A DNA stretch of 41,867 bases from an uncultured Cytophagia bacterium (GTDB lineage: Bacteria; Zhuqueibacterota; Zhuqueibacteria; Zhuqueibacterales; Zhuqueibacteraceae): NCBI GenBank assembly GCA_964395375.1, contig CAYNDW010000001.1, positions 1 to 41,867 on the forward strand. The letters are read 5' to 3'. The position numbers were made by a program, and so were the translations under genes. Shown piece by piece: positions 1 through 9,801 of this stretch. The notes below the pieces were generated by a model. The model saw only the letters and a program-made list of their open reading frames with translations. It was not told where the DNA came from and ran no database searches. Positions within the stretch are counted from its first letter, which is position 1; the number at the start of each line of letters is the position of its first letter.

Positions 1-1420
<1,420 letters not shown>

Positions 1421-1455
1421 TTCAACGCTTATTAAAAACCCAAAACGGTCAAACC

Positions 1456-1749
1456 CTATACGAAATGCCTCGGGAAGTCCATTGAATCGTGCAGGATTCT
1501 TAAGATCTCCACGCCTTCAATAGTGATTCGATAGAAGATGACATGCCTACCGTCGTGGAAACTATACAAAGAATTGGCAATCTCGTCGCGTTTTTTGCCT
1601 TTCAGCGGCTGGTTTGCAAGATAAGAGAATCTGTCCCTAAGTTTTTTGATGTATGTATAACGTTGTTGCTTTCCCCATCTTCTGTCCGTGAATTGGGTGA
1701 TGTCTCTCAAATCCGCACGCGCTTCGGAACTGATGAAAAATTTTTTCAT
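1456..1749 (-). CDS. parE: type II toxin, ParE/RelE superfamily (ParE-like)
   Basis: The 97-aa protein [26 protein letters not shown]...[26 protein letters not shown] has the ParE-typical layout. Its start overlaps the stop of the upstream antitoxin ORF by 4 nt (ATGA). Confidence 0.8.
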   Translation of the reverse strand: MKKFFISSEARADLRDITQFTDRRWGKQQRYTYIKKLRDRFSYLANQPLKGKKRDEIANSLYSFHDGRHVIFYRITIEGVEILRILHDSMDFPRHFV

Positions 1750-2006
1750 GGCTTGGCGTTAGTGTACCCCAACTCTTCGTCCATCTCTTGCATGAACTGA
1801 TCAAAATCAAATTCAGCAACCTCGCCGCGATTCGCTTGCTCAAGGCCAATCGCGATTTCGCGCCTAAGTGTTTCGAGCTTCTTCTTATAAAAAGAATCGT
1901 ACTTAAGAAGAACGTCGGAGACAAACGCGGTCGCATCGGCATAGATGCCGGATGCCACTTGCGTCTTGACAATTTCAGCGGCAGAGTCTGAGAGTTGAAT
2001 TTGCAT
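1746..2006 (-). CDS. parD: type II antitoxin, ParD-like
   Basis: The 86-aa protein MQIQLSDSAAEIVKTQVASGIYADATAFVSDVLL...LRREIAIGLEQANRGEVAEFDFDQF resembles the ParD antitoxin family. It is translationally coupled to the ParE-like ORF downstream. Confidence 0.75.
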   Translation of the reverse strand: MQIQLSDSAAEIVKTQVASGIYADATAFVSDVLLKYDSFYKKKLETLRREIAIGLEQANRGEVAEFDFDQFMQEMDEELGYTNAKP

Positions 2007-2038
2007 CTTCCGTTCCTTTCTATTTTGCTTCTTGCTGA

Positions 2039-2067
2039 AATATACACGCTTATTTGCAATTTGGCAA
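2039..2067 (-). promoter_or_regulatory. candidate sigma70 promoter of parDE with putative operator half-sites
   Basis: The minus strand reads TTGCCA (2067-2062), a 17-nt spacer, then TATATT (2044-2039), about 35 nt upstream of the parD ATG. The -35 region is embedded in TTGCCAAATTGCAA (TTGCCAA/TTGCAA half-sites). AAGGAA lies before the ATG. Confidence 0.4.
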
Positions 2068-2171
2068 TGAAAGGCTCTTGAACGAGCAAGTCATTTTCAT
2101 TCTCTATCTCGCGCCGACTCTTACATATGGCGCATAGGTGAGCTACCACTTTGTTACTTCCGTTCTGGAAG

Positions 2172-3011
2172 TTAGATTCGGCTCAACTTTCGCCATATCC
2201 ATTTTAGAAATCCCAACAGCAACATCAAAAACAGTGTCAGCAAAACGCCGAAAATAGAGAGCGAAACTGCACCCCAAAATCTATCATTGTTAAGTGCTCT
2301 ATCTTCAACCCAGGCTTGACCGACCAAAAAGCCGACAAAGATTGAAATAAAAACACCAATGCTCAAGAAACCAATTGCGCGTTTCCAATTTTCAATCCAA
2401 TGAATGCAAAGGCCAACGCCCATAATCAAAGCAGGAAACAGAAGATTGTACAAGCCACTTTCAGCAACGTTTTTTATGTACATTGCTGAAAAAAATAGTG
2501 AAGCGACTAAAGTCAAGTAGAGAGAAAGCACCCTGTGTCGAATCTCACTAACTGGTAAGCGCGAGTTATTGCGGCCTGTACGCAGTTCCTTCCCGTTTGG
2601 ATTGCTATTAGAATTTTCAAGGCACCACAGAATGCGCTTTGTCAGTTCAGTTCTAAGAGTCGATACCTTCCCTTCGTAAACTATGTGCGGATAGTGTTTG
2701 AGGTCAAAAGGAATGTCATCAGCCTTTTGAGTTAGCAGTATGACGGGCTTGTTTAAGGCATGGGCATAGCCGGCTTCATAAAGTACATTGGGATTTCGGC
2801 CAGTCATATCAGCGACAATGATATCGGCATTAGCGATCTGATTGTAAATTCGATCTAAAATACTTTCGAGGAAGATTTGCTCATCCACCCTCTCACAATA
2901 AGTGCCCGCCTCTTTGCAAGACAATTTTATTCCTAGCTCATAGACTTCATCGAACTCCTTGCTAAACGTAGTCAATGCAAACACAAAGGCTTTGGGAGGA
3001 AGCTGCCCCAT
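2172..3011 (-). CDS. membrane protein: N-terminal TIR / nucleoside 2-deoxyribosyltransferase-like Rossmannoid domain plus C-terminal ~4-TM module
   Basis: 279 aa. The N-terminal ~135 aa (KAFVFALTTFSKEFDEVYELGIK...ADIIVADMTGRNPNVLYEAGYAHALNKPVILLTQ...PFDLKH) matches the motif pattern of deoxyribosyltransferase-like/TIR-like domains, with a conserved Glu at E79. The C-terminal ~120 aa holds four long hydrophobic segments: LSLYLTLVASLFFSAMYI, LYNLLFPALIMGVGLCIHWI, AIGFLSIGVFISIFVGFLVG and FWGAVSLSIFGVLLTLFLMLLLGFL. Confidence 0.55.
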   Translation of the reverse strand: MGQLPPKAFVFALTTFSKEFDEVYELGIKLSCKEAGTYCERVDEQIFLESILDRIYNQIANADIIVADMTGRNPNVLYEAGYAHALNKPVILLTQKADDIPFDLKHYPHIVYEGKVSTLRTELTKRILWCLENSNSNPNGKELRTGRNNSRLPVSEIRHRVLSLYLTLVASLFFSAMYIKNVAESGLYNLLFPALIMGVGLCIHWIENWKRAIGFLSIGVFISIFVGFLVGQAWVEDRALNNDRFWGAVSLSIFGVLLTLFLMLLLGFLKWIWRKLSRI

Positions 3012-3061
3012 TCAACCCGCACTTTTTTTACAAGCCTTGTTTGTCAAAACCGCTTTCTCAT

Positions 3062-3140
3062 CCACAAATTAAAAAAGCTAGAAATGCTCTCGCTCTCGTT
3101 TTGCTTGCGCAGAACTCAAGCGGGCTCACTCTAGCTTTCT
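3062..3140 (-). terminator. possible terminator-like structure downstream of rplQ
   Basis: A 9-bp inverted repeat, AAAGCTAGA (3140-3130 region) with TCTAGCTTT (3082-3074), encloses a ~47-nt segment containing an inner GCTTG...CAAGC stem. On the minus strand it is followed by TTTAATTT. The large loop makes this weak. Confidence 0.25.
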
Positions 3141-3182
3141 ATTTAGCGAATCATGATTTCGAGCCAAATAAACGGCGAGATA

Positions 3183-3671
3183 CTACTCCTTATCGGACTT
3201 CTCGTCGTCTTTGTTCTTGGCCTCGGCTTCACGCTCGGAGGCCCTTTGCTCGCGGCGACGCTTGCGTTCGGCGCGACGTTCGGCCGCGGCTTGCTGCTTT
3301 TCAAGCTGCAACGTTTCATAGCCAACCAATTCCAGAATCGCGATTTCCGCGCCATCGCCTTGCCGGCGTCCGAGCTTCAGCACGCGCGTGTAGCCGCCGT
3401 TGCGCGTTGCAAATTTCGGGGCGATATCGTCAAACAACATCGTGACAATATCACGGCGACGAAGCCGATCGAAGACCAAGCGGCGTGCGGCCACGGTGTT
3501 CTTTTTCGCATGCGTAATCATGCGATCGACCATGCGCCGCGCTTCTTTCGCTTTCGCGGTGGTGGTGCGAATATGTTTGTGTTCGAATACGGAAGCAACC
3601 ATATTCGCGAGCATCGCATGGCGGTGGCTCGAAGTGCGACCGAGTTTATTGCCGTCTTTTAAATGTCTCAT
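3183..3671 (-). CDS. rplQ: 50S ribosomal protein L17 with a long charged C-terminal tail
   Basis: MRHLKDGNKLGRTSSHRHAMLANM... is a canonical L17 N-terminus. The gene holds the last position in the rpsM-rpsK-rpsD-rpoA-rplQ order. Confidence 0.96.
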   Translation of the reverse strand: MRHLKDGNKLGRTSSHRHAMLANMVASVFEHKHIRTTTAKAKEARRMVDRMITHAKKNTVAARRLVFDRLRRRDIVTMLFDDIAPKFATRNGGYTRVLKLGRRQGDGAEIAILELVGYETLQLEKQQAAAERRAERKRRREQRASEREAEAKNKDDEKSDKE

Positions 3672-3683
3672 GATGTGCCTAAA

Positions 3684-3763
3684 GTAGTCCCGAGCCCTCG
3701 TGGGTCGATAGTCTTGTATTCATCCGGTTTATTTCACAGCCGCCCACAAGGGGCGGGGACTAC
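3684..3763 (-). other. structured rpoA-rplQ intergenic element (nested inverted repeats)
   Basis: The outer 8-bp stem pairs GTAGTCCC (3684-3691) with GGGACTAC (3756-3763). An inner GC hairpin pairs CCGCCC (3740-3745) with GGGCGG (3751-3756) around a 5-nt loop. The element fills the 96-nt spacer up to the rplQ RBS region. Confidence 0.35.
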
Positions 3764-3767
3764 AAAA

Positions 3768-4754
3768 TTACTGATTTTCGCTGCGCAGATAACGATCGAC
3801 ATCCATGCCGAAGCGCAGGCCTTTTTCTTCCAAAATCTGTGTGAGCTCTTGCAGCGATTTGCGGCCAAAGTTGCGGAACTTGAGCATCTCTTGCTCGTCG
3901 CGGCGCACGAGGTCGCCGATGGTTTTGATGTTCGCGGCCATCAAGCAATTGTAGGAGCGCACGGAAAGCTCGAGTTCGTCGACCGGCATCTTGAGCAGTT
4001 TACGAATGCGCAAGGCTTCTTCATCCACTTCCACCGGCTCTTCTTCTTCCGGCTCAATCTCGAAGTTGATGAAGAGATTGATGTGGTCGCGTAGAATCTT
4101 GCCCGCGTAGGTCAAGCTATCATCCGGGGTGATGCTGCCGTCGGTGGTGATTTCGAGAATGAGCTTCTCGTAATCCGTGCGTTGCTGCACGCGCGTATTT
4201 TCGACGCGATAGCTGACGTTTTTAATGGGAGTATAAATCGCATCCAACGGAATCGAGCCGATGGGTTGATCGGGCATTTTGTTTTCTTCCGCAGGCACGT
4301 AGCCGTGGCCGCGTCCGATGCGCAACTCGATCTTGAAATCCGCGCCTTTGCTGAGCGTGGCGAGATGGTGATCAGGGTTCAGAATCTCAAAATCGGTGGT
4401 GCCGTTTTGAATATCGCCGGCGCGAAATTCCCGCGGCCCTTTCAATTCCAAAATAATTCTGTCGGGCTTTTTATTGATCAGCTTAAAGCGAACTTCTTTA
4501 AGGTTCAAAATAAGTTGGGTGACGTCTTCCACCACTCCCGGGATCGCGGAAAATTCGTGCAGCACGCCATCGATTTTAATCATGGTAATGGCGGCGCCGG
4601 GCAGGGAAGATAACAAGACGCGGCGCAAGGCATTGCCGATGGTGGTGCCGAAACCGCGTTCTAAAGGTTGCACGATGAATCTGCCGAACGTGCTGGAGTA
4701 GCTTGCATCCTCAAGCTCCACACTTTCCGGCATTTGTAAATAGGGCCAATTCAT
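3768..4754 (-). CDS. rpoA: DNA-directed RNA polymerase subunit alpha
   Basis: 328 aa, including ...FGRFIVQPLERGFGTTIGNALRRVLLSSLPGAAI... and a C-terminal domain ...LELSVRSYNCLMAANIKTIGDLV... Confidence 0.97.
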   Translation of the reverse strand: MNWPYLQMPESVELEDASYSSTFGRFIVQPLERGFGTTIGNALRRVLLSSLPGAAITMIKIDGVLHEFSAIPGVVEDVTQLILNLKEVRFKLINKKPDRIILELKGPREFRAGDIQNGTTDFEILNPDHHLATLSKGADFKIELRIGRGHGYVPAEENKMPDQPIGSIPLDAIYTPIKNVSYRVENTRVQQRTDYEKLILEITTDGSITPDDSLTYAGKILRDHINLFINFEIEPEEEEPVEVDEEALRIRKLLKMPVDELELSVRSYNCLMAANIKTIGDLVRRDEQEMLKFRNFGRKSLQELTQILEEKGLRFGMDVDRYLRSENQ

Positions 4755-4859
4755 TTATTGACTCTCCAATGTTACTCGAACTTCTTCGAGAGGTGATCCG
4801 TATTTTGCTCTCCTAATCGTTCCCAAAAGGGAAAGCGATCACAGCTCGGTCAGTTCACA

Positions 4860-5489
4860 TCATTTCGAATACAATTCGACGATAAGGGCTTCATTGACCT
4901 CCGTCGGGATATCGGCGCGGCTTGGAATATCCAACAAGGTTCCGGCCATGCTTGCTTTATTGAGATCAAGCCAGGGAAAGAGCTTGCCTTCGCGAATCTT
5001 CCGCATGGCGCCGTGAATGATCTCAAGTTTCCGGCTCTTTTCGCGCACTTGAATGACATCACCTGTTTTGACCAAATAGGAGGGAATATCGACCAAACGA
5101 TTATTGACCATGAAATGGCGATGCCGGACGAGTTGTCGCGCCGCATTGCGCGAAGGCGCGAAACCCAGACGATATACAATATTGTCCAATCTTCTTTCCA
5201 ACAACTTCAACAGGTTTTCGCCGGTGACGCCTTTAATGCGCAGGGCTTTGCTGTAGGTGTTCTCGAATTGGCGCTCCAACAAACCATAAATACGACGCAT
5301 CTTTTGCTTTTCACGCAATTGCGTGCCGTATTCAGAGACTTTGAAGCGACGGTTGCGTCCATGTTGGCCGGGAGGAAAACTGCGCTTCTCAATAATACAC
5401 TTGGGCGAAGTACATTTCGCACCCTTGAGGAACAGTTTTTTTTCTTCACGACGACACAGTTTACAAACCGGCCCGATGTATCTTGCCAT
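4860..5489 (-). CDS. rpsD: 30S ribosomal protein S4
   Basis: MARYIGPVCKLCRREEKKLFLKGAKC... is an S4 N-terminal zinc-ribbon-like segment followed by an S4 RNA-binding domain. Confidence 0.97.
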   Translation of the reverse strand: MARYIGPVCKLCRREEKKLFLKGAKCTSPKCIIEKRSFPPGQHGRNRRFKVSEYGTQLREKQKMRRIYGLLERQFENTYSKALRIKGVTGENLLKLLERRLDNIVYRLGFAPSRNAARQLVRHRHFMVNNRLVDIPSYLVKTGDVIQVREKSRKLEIIHGAMRKIREGKLFPWLDLNKASMAGTLLDIPSRADIPTEVNEALIVELYSK

Positions 5490-5607
5490 AAAATGCTATC
5501 TCCAAAAAATAAAATTGGAAAAACGATACGAGAACACCACGCTTTGCTTGCAACCGACGAACATTATTAATTTCGTTTTTATTTTTTCGGCCAAGCATTC
5601 GAACGAT

Positions 5608-5997
5608 TCAAACCCGGCGGCGTTTCGGCGGTCGACAGCCATTATGCGGAATGGGAGTAATGTCCTTAATCGCGGACACTTCCAAACCCGCGGCCTGTAA
5701 AGAACGCACGGCAGCTTCACGGCCTGAACCCGGGCCTTTGACCAAAACCTCGACGCGGCGCAATCCCATTTCAATTGCAGCGCGTGCGGCATTTTCCGCA
5801 GCAACCTGGGCGGCGAAGGGCGTGCTCTTGCGCGAGCCTTTAAAGCCGACTTTACCGGCAGAGGCCCACGAAATGACATTGCCATACATGTCCGTCAGCG
5901 CTACGATGGTGTTATTGAAACTTGCCTGGATGCGCGCAAATCCGGTCGGGTCAACTTTTTCTCTTTTCTTCGAGCGCTTTTTTTTCGGATTAGACAA
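5608..5997 (-). CDS. rpsK: 30S ribosomal protein S11
   Basis: ...[30 protein letters not shown]... The start codon is TTG at 5997, preceded by AAGGAG with an 8-nt spacing. Confidence 0.96.
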   Translation of the reverse strand: MSNPKKKRSKKREKVDPTGFARIQASFNNTIVALTDMYGNVISWASAGKVGFKGSRKSTPFAAQVAAENAARAAIEMGLRRVEVLVKGPGSGREAAVRSLQAAGLEVSAIKDITPIPHNGCRPPKRRRV

Positions 5998-6079
5998 GCG
6001 AAAATCTCCTTTTTAGCTTTCGGTCTTGTGCGAATAACTTAGCGCATCGACCTGGGCTGTAAAGCCCAAAGCTGATTAC

Positions 6080-6463
6080 TTACTTCCCTTTGCCTTTTAC
6101 GACCTTGGCGCCGCCAACCGTACGCCGACGACCGCGACGAGTGCGGGCATTCGTATGCGTGCGTTGGCCGCGTACCGGCAGGCCGCGCCGATGCCGCAGA
6201 CCGCGATAACAGCCGATGTCCATCAAGCGTTTGATGTTCATCGATACTTCCGTGCGCAGTGCGCCTTCGACTTTATAGTCGGCAATCGCCGAACGAATCT
6301 TCGCGACGTCTTCGGACGATAAGTCTTTCACGCGCGTCGCGGGATTGACGGCGGTTTTTTTAATGATCGTCCTGGCATTGTTGCGCCCGATGCCGAAGAT
6401 ATAGGTCAACGCGATTTCAACTCTCTTCTCGCGCGGCAAATCGACGCCTGAAATACGAGCCAC
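6080..6463 (-). CDS. rpsM: 30S ribosomal protein S13
   Basis: [27 protein letters not shown]... is canonical S13. Confidence 0.97.
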   Translation of the reverse strand: MARISGVDLPREKRVEIALTYIFGIGRNNARTIIKKTAVNPATRVKDLSSEDVAKIRSAIADYKVEGALRTEVSMNIKRLMDIGCYRGLRHRRGLPVRGQRTHTNARTRRGRRRTVGGAKVVKGKGK

Positions 6464-6595
6464 CGTGTGCCTCCGTTAAAACTGCTGGTATGTTGCGATC
6501 AAACTCGATTAAAAACCGATTAAGGCGATGAAGACAAAACTAGTTCACAGCAAAACCATCAAAGCGGTTTTTCCCAAAATCGTTTTGCTGCAAGC

Positions 6596-6712
6596 TCATC
6601 CTTGCCGCTGTTTGTGCTTGGGATTGGTGGGACAGATCACCAGCACCTTGCCTTTGCGGCGAATGATTTTACATTTATCGCAAATTTTTTTGACGGACGA
6701 ACGAACCTTCAT
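6596..6712 (-). CDS. rpmJ: 50S ribosomal protein L36 (zinc-binding form)
   Basis: Below the ORF-track size cutoff. Manual translation gives [38 protein letters not shown] (38 aa), located between infA and rpsM as expected. Confidence 0.93.
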   Translation of the reverse strand: MKVRSSVKKICDKCKIIRRKGKVLVICPTNPKHKQRQG

Positions 6713-6724
6713 AAAGCCCTCTTC

Positions 6725-6943
6725 TTACTTGTAGCGATACGTAATCCGGCCACGAGACAAATCATACGGCGAAAGCTCAATGGTCACTTTATCGCCGGGC
6801 AGAATTTTGATGAAGTGCATGCGCATCTTGCCGGAGATATGCGCTAAGACTTTGTGACCGTTCTCCAATTCGACGCGAAACGAAGCGTTAGGGAGCGTCT
6901 CGATGATCGTGCCGTCCACTTTAATCGCTTCTTCTTTGGGCAT
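6725..6943 (-). CDS. infA: translation initiation factor IF-1
   Basis: [53 protein letters not shown]... is canonical IF-1. Confidence 0.97.
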   Translation of the reverse strand: MPKEEAIKVDGTIIETLPNASFRVELENGHKVLAHISGKMRMHFIKILPGDKVTIELSPYDLSRGRITYRYK

Positions 6944-6944
6944 A

Positions 6945-7709
6945 TCAACACAAACCTTTAGTTAAAATCTCGGCTTCGCCTTCTCGGACGACCACCGTAT
7001 GTTCGTAGTGTGCAGAGGGTAAACCGTCTTTCGCAACCACCGTCCACTCATCGTGCTGCGTGCGCACACCTTCTTTACCGGCGTTGACCATCGGCTCAAT
7101 GGCGAGCACCATGCCGGTGCGCAAACGCGGTCCGGCATTTGGCTTTCCGTAATTCGGAATTTGCGGATCTTCGTGCAACTTACGTCCGGTGCCATGCCCA
7201 ACCAATTCCCGCACAATGGAGTAACCGTTGCTCTCGGCATGCACTTGAATCGCGTTCGAAATATCCTGCAAGCGATTACCCTGCACGGCTTTTGCGATGC
7301 CTTTATAGAGCGCTTCGAGTGTAATACGCATCAACCGCTGCCGCAGGTCGTCAATCGGACCGACGGAATAAGTTTTCGCGCCGTCGCCAAAGTACCCTTG
7401 ATATTCCACACCGATATCGACGCTAACGATCTCACCCTTTTGCAGCTTGCGCCGGCCGGGAATACCATGCACCACTTCACTTTCAACCGAGATACAACAA
7501 CTCGCCGGAAACGCGACCTTGCCGACGCGATACCCTTTGAATGCGGGTTTGCCGCCGGATTTTTTTATAAAACTTTCAACCGCGCGATCCAACTCTTGCG
7601 TCGTGATGCCTTCGGCAATCACGCCTTCCACCATCCGAAAAGCTTCCACAACTAAGCGACAGCTTTCGCGAATGTGATCAAGCTCGCGTTCGCTTTTTAT
7701 ATGAATCAT
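6945..7709 (-). CDS. map: type I methionine aminopeptidase
   Basis: 254 aa with the M24A pattern ...VVHGIPG...[14 protein letters not shown]...VGHGTG...LAIEPMV...YEHTV. It sits between adk and infA. Confidence 0.95.
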   Translation of the reverse strand: MIHIKSERELDHIRESCRLVVEAFRMVEGVIAEGITTQELDRAVESFIKKSGGKPAFKGYRVGKVAFPASCCISVESEVVHGIPGRRKLQKGEIVSVDIGVEYQGYFGDGAKTYSVGPIDDLRQRLMRITLEALYKGIAKAVQGNRLQDISNAIQVHAESNGYSIVRELVGHGTGRKLHEDPQIPNYGKPNAGPRLRTGMVLAIEPMVNAGKEGVRTQHDEWTVVAKDGLPSAHYEHTVVVREGEAEILTKGLC

Positions 7710-8368
7710 GAGCGCGGTTCAACCAACATTCTTAATCTCTTCAAAATCTCCGCCTGCACTTTTTCAACGTTAAGATTACCGTCTACTTGCAAGAGCTTGC
7801 CTTGCAAACCATAATAATCTTTTAACGGCTGCGTTTGCTGCTCATAAACATCCATACGGTGCAAAACGGTTTCAGGTTTATCATCCGAGCGCTGATAAAC
7901 GTCTCCGCCACAGTTATCGCATTTATTATCGGCGGGAGGCTGCTCGGTTTCCAAATTAAAGAGCTTGCCGCATATCGCACATACGCGCCGACTAGTGAGA
8001 CGCGCGATGACTTTTTTCTTTTCAATCTCCAAGCTAATCACCGCGAGCAAGCGGCGCGTGAGATCGAGAAACATACGATCCAATTCTTGCGCTTGGTGTA
8101 TCGTGCGCGGGAATCCGTCGAGAATGAAGCCGCGCACCGAATCCGGCTCCGCAATGCGCTGCACGACCAATCCGATAATTACGCTATCGGGCACTAGCTC
8201 ACCGCGATCCATATACTGTTTGGCCTCAAGCCCCAAGTCGGTTTTGGCCATCACGGCAGCACGTAAAATATCCCCAGTCGAAATTTTTGGGATATTATAG
8301 CGCTCGCTTAAAAGTCCGGCCTGTGTGCCTTTGCCTGAGCCGGGATATCCAAGGAAAATCAGTTCCAT
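7706..8368 (-). CDS. adk: adenylate kinase (zinc-lid type)
   Basis: MELIFLGYPGSGKGTQAGLL contains the P-loop. The lid carries CAICGK...CDNCGG (four Cys). The gene overlaps map by 4 nt. Confidence 0.96.
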   Translation of the reverse strand: MELIFLGYPGSGKGTQAGLLSERYNIPKISTGDILRAAVMAKTDLGLEAKQYMDRGELVPDSVIIGLVVQRIAEPDSVRGFILDGFPRTIHQAQELDRMFLDLTRRLLAVISLEIEKKKVIARLTSRRVCAICGKLFNLETEQPPADNKCDNCGGDVYQRSDDKPETVLHRMDVYEQQTQPLKDYYGLQGKLLQVDGNLNVEKVQAEILKRLRMLVEPRS

Positions 8369-8441
8369 AAGGTCTCGGCGCCAAGATGGAAATTATAAGC
8401 TCAAAGCCGGAGCGATCCGCGCACGCGTTCAGGCTGGGTGA

Positions 8442-9785
8442 TCAAGCATAACGTCTTCCACGAATGCGGCCTCCCTTCATGAAGCCGTCGTAGTGACGCA
8501 TCAAGAGGTGCGATTCCAGTTGCTGCAACAAATCCAAAGCGACGCCGACCACAATCAACAACGAAGTGCCGCCGAAGAACGAAGCGAAATCATAAGACAC
8601 TTTAAAAAATCTCACAATCACGAGATAGGGAAAAACGGCGATCAGCGCAAGAAAGATTGAGCCGGGCAGAGTAATCTTCGTAAGAATGTTGTCGATAAAT
8701 TCTGAGGTCTTTTTGCCGGGACGCACGCCGGGGATGAAGCCACCATGCTTCTTCATGTTTTCCGCGACGTCAATGGGGTTGAATGCAATCGCGGTATAAA
8801 AATACGTGAAGAAGACGATCAAAATTCCAAAGACAATACTATACACAAACGAAGTCGGGTCAAAGTAACCCGCCACCGCCGTCATAAAATCGCTATTCGG
8901 GAAAAACGAGGCGACCGTTTGCGGAATGAACATAATCGACTGCGCGAAGATGATCGGCATAACACCCGCCGTATTTACGCGGAGCGGGATATGCGTGCTT
9001 TGTCCGCCGTAAACCTTGCGTCCGACCACACGCTTGGCATATTGCACCGGAATCTTACGCATGCCCTGTGTAAGCAAAACCACAACTGCAATAATCGCTA
9101 CCATCATCGCCAGCAAAGCAACTTCGACCAAAATTTCGCGATTGCCGCTTATCACTTCTCGCGCTTCGCCGATAAAGGCATCGGGCAAGCGCGCTATAAT
9201 GCCGATAAAGATGATCAACGAGACGCCGTTGCCGATGCCGCGTTCCGTAATTTGCTCGCCAAACCACATAATAAGCATGGTGCCCGCAGTCAAGCTTAAC
9301 ATGGTGAGCAGCATAAACCCAAAACCTGCGTCCGGCGGTACGACGTATTGCCCGTTATCCAGTTGCTGAATGCTTTTTAGAAAAATACTAACGCCATAGG
9401 CCTGCATGAACGCGATCACCACGGTGCCATAGCGTGTGTACTGCGTAATTTTTTTGCGGCCTTCTTCACCTTCTTTTTGGAGACGTTGAAAATAGGGAAG
9501 CACGGCGCCTAGCAATTGCAGGATGATCGAAGCGGAGATATAAGGCATGATCCCCAACGCAAAAATGGTGGCTCGACTGAACGCGCCACCGGCAAATAAA
9601 TCATATAGGTCAAAAAAGCCTCGCCCGCCGGATTGTTGCATAAAGGCGATCAAAGCTTGGCTGTTGATTCCGGGAACGGGAATATGCGTGCCGATACGCT
9701 CGACTACGAGCAGCAAAAGAGTGAAGATCACCCGTTTACGGAGTTCCGGAATCTTAAAAATATTTTGAAAGCTGCTTAGGATCAT
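8442..9785 (-). CDS. secY: preprotein translocase subunit SecY
   Basis: 447-aa polytopic protein, ...IFALGIMPYISASIILQLL... in the conserved position after rplO. Confidence 0.96.
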   Translation of the reverse strand: MILSSFQNIFKIPELRKRVIFTLLLLVVERIGTHIPVPGINSQALIAFMQQSGGRGFFDLYDLFAGGAFSRATIFALGIMPYISASIILQLLGAVLPYFQRLQKEGEEGRKKITQYTRYGTVVIAFMQAYGVSIFLKSIQQLDNGQYVVPPDAGFGFMLLTMLSLTAGTMLIMWFGEQITERGIGNGVSLIIFIGIIARLPDAFIGEAREVISGNREILVEVALLAMMVAIIAVVVLLTQGMRKIPVQYAKRVVGRKVYGGQSTHIPLRVNTAGVMPIIFAQSIMFIPQTVASFFPNSDFMTAVAGYFDPTSFVYSIVFGILIVFFTYFYTAIAFNPIDVAENMKKHGGFIPGVRPGKKTSEFIDNILTKITLPGSIFLALIAVFPYLVIVRFFKVSYDFASFFGGTSLLIVVGVALDLLQQLESHLLMRHYDGFMKGGRIRGRRYA

Positions 9786-9801
9786 AGCGTTCTATTTTGC
9801 G

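Noticed and set aside
1421-3182. Search for flanking direct repeats or att sites around the AT-rich islet
   Set aside because: Only trivial similarity was found (GTCAAACC versus GTCAAAACC), with no integrase or tRNA at the borders. I cannot claim a defined mobile element.
2975-3662. + strand ORFs 2975..3445 and 3153..3662 spanning the islet/rplQ boundary
   Set aside because: They are antisense to rplQ and to the 5' end of the TIR-like-TM gene. Their composition is repetitive and Arg/Leu-rich.
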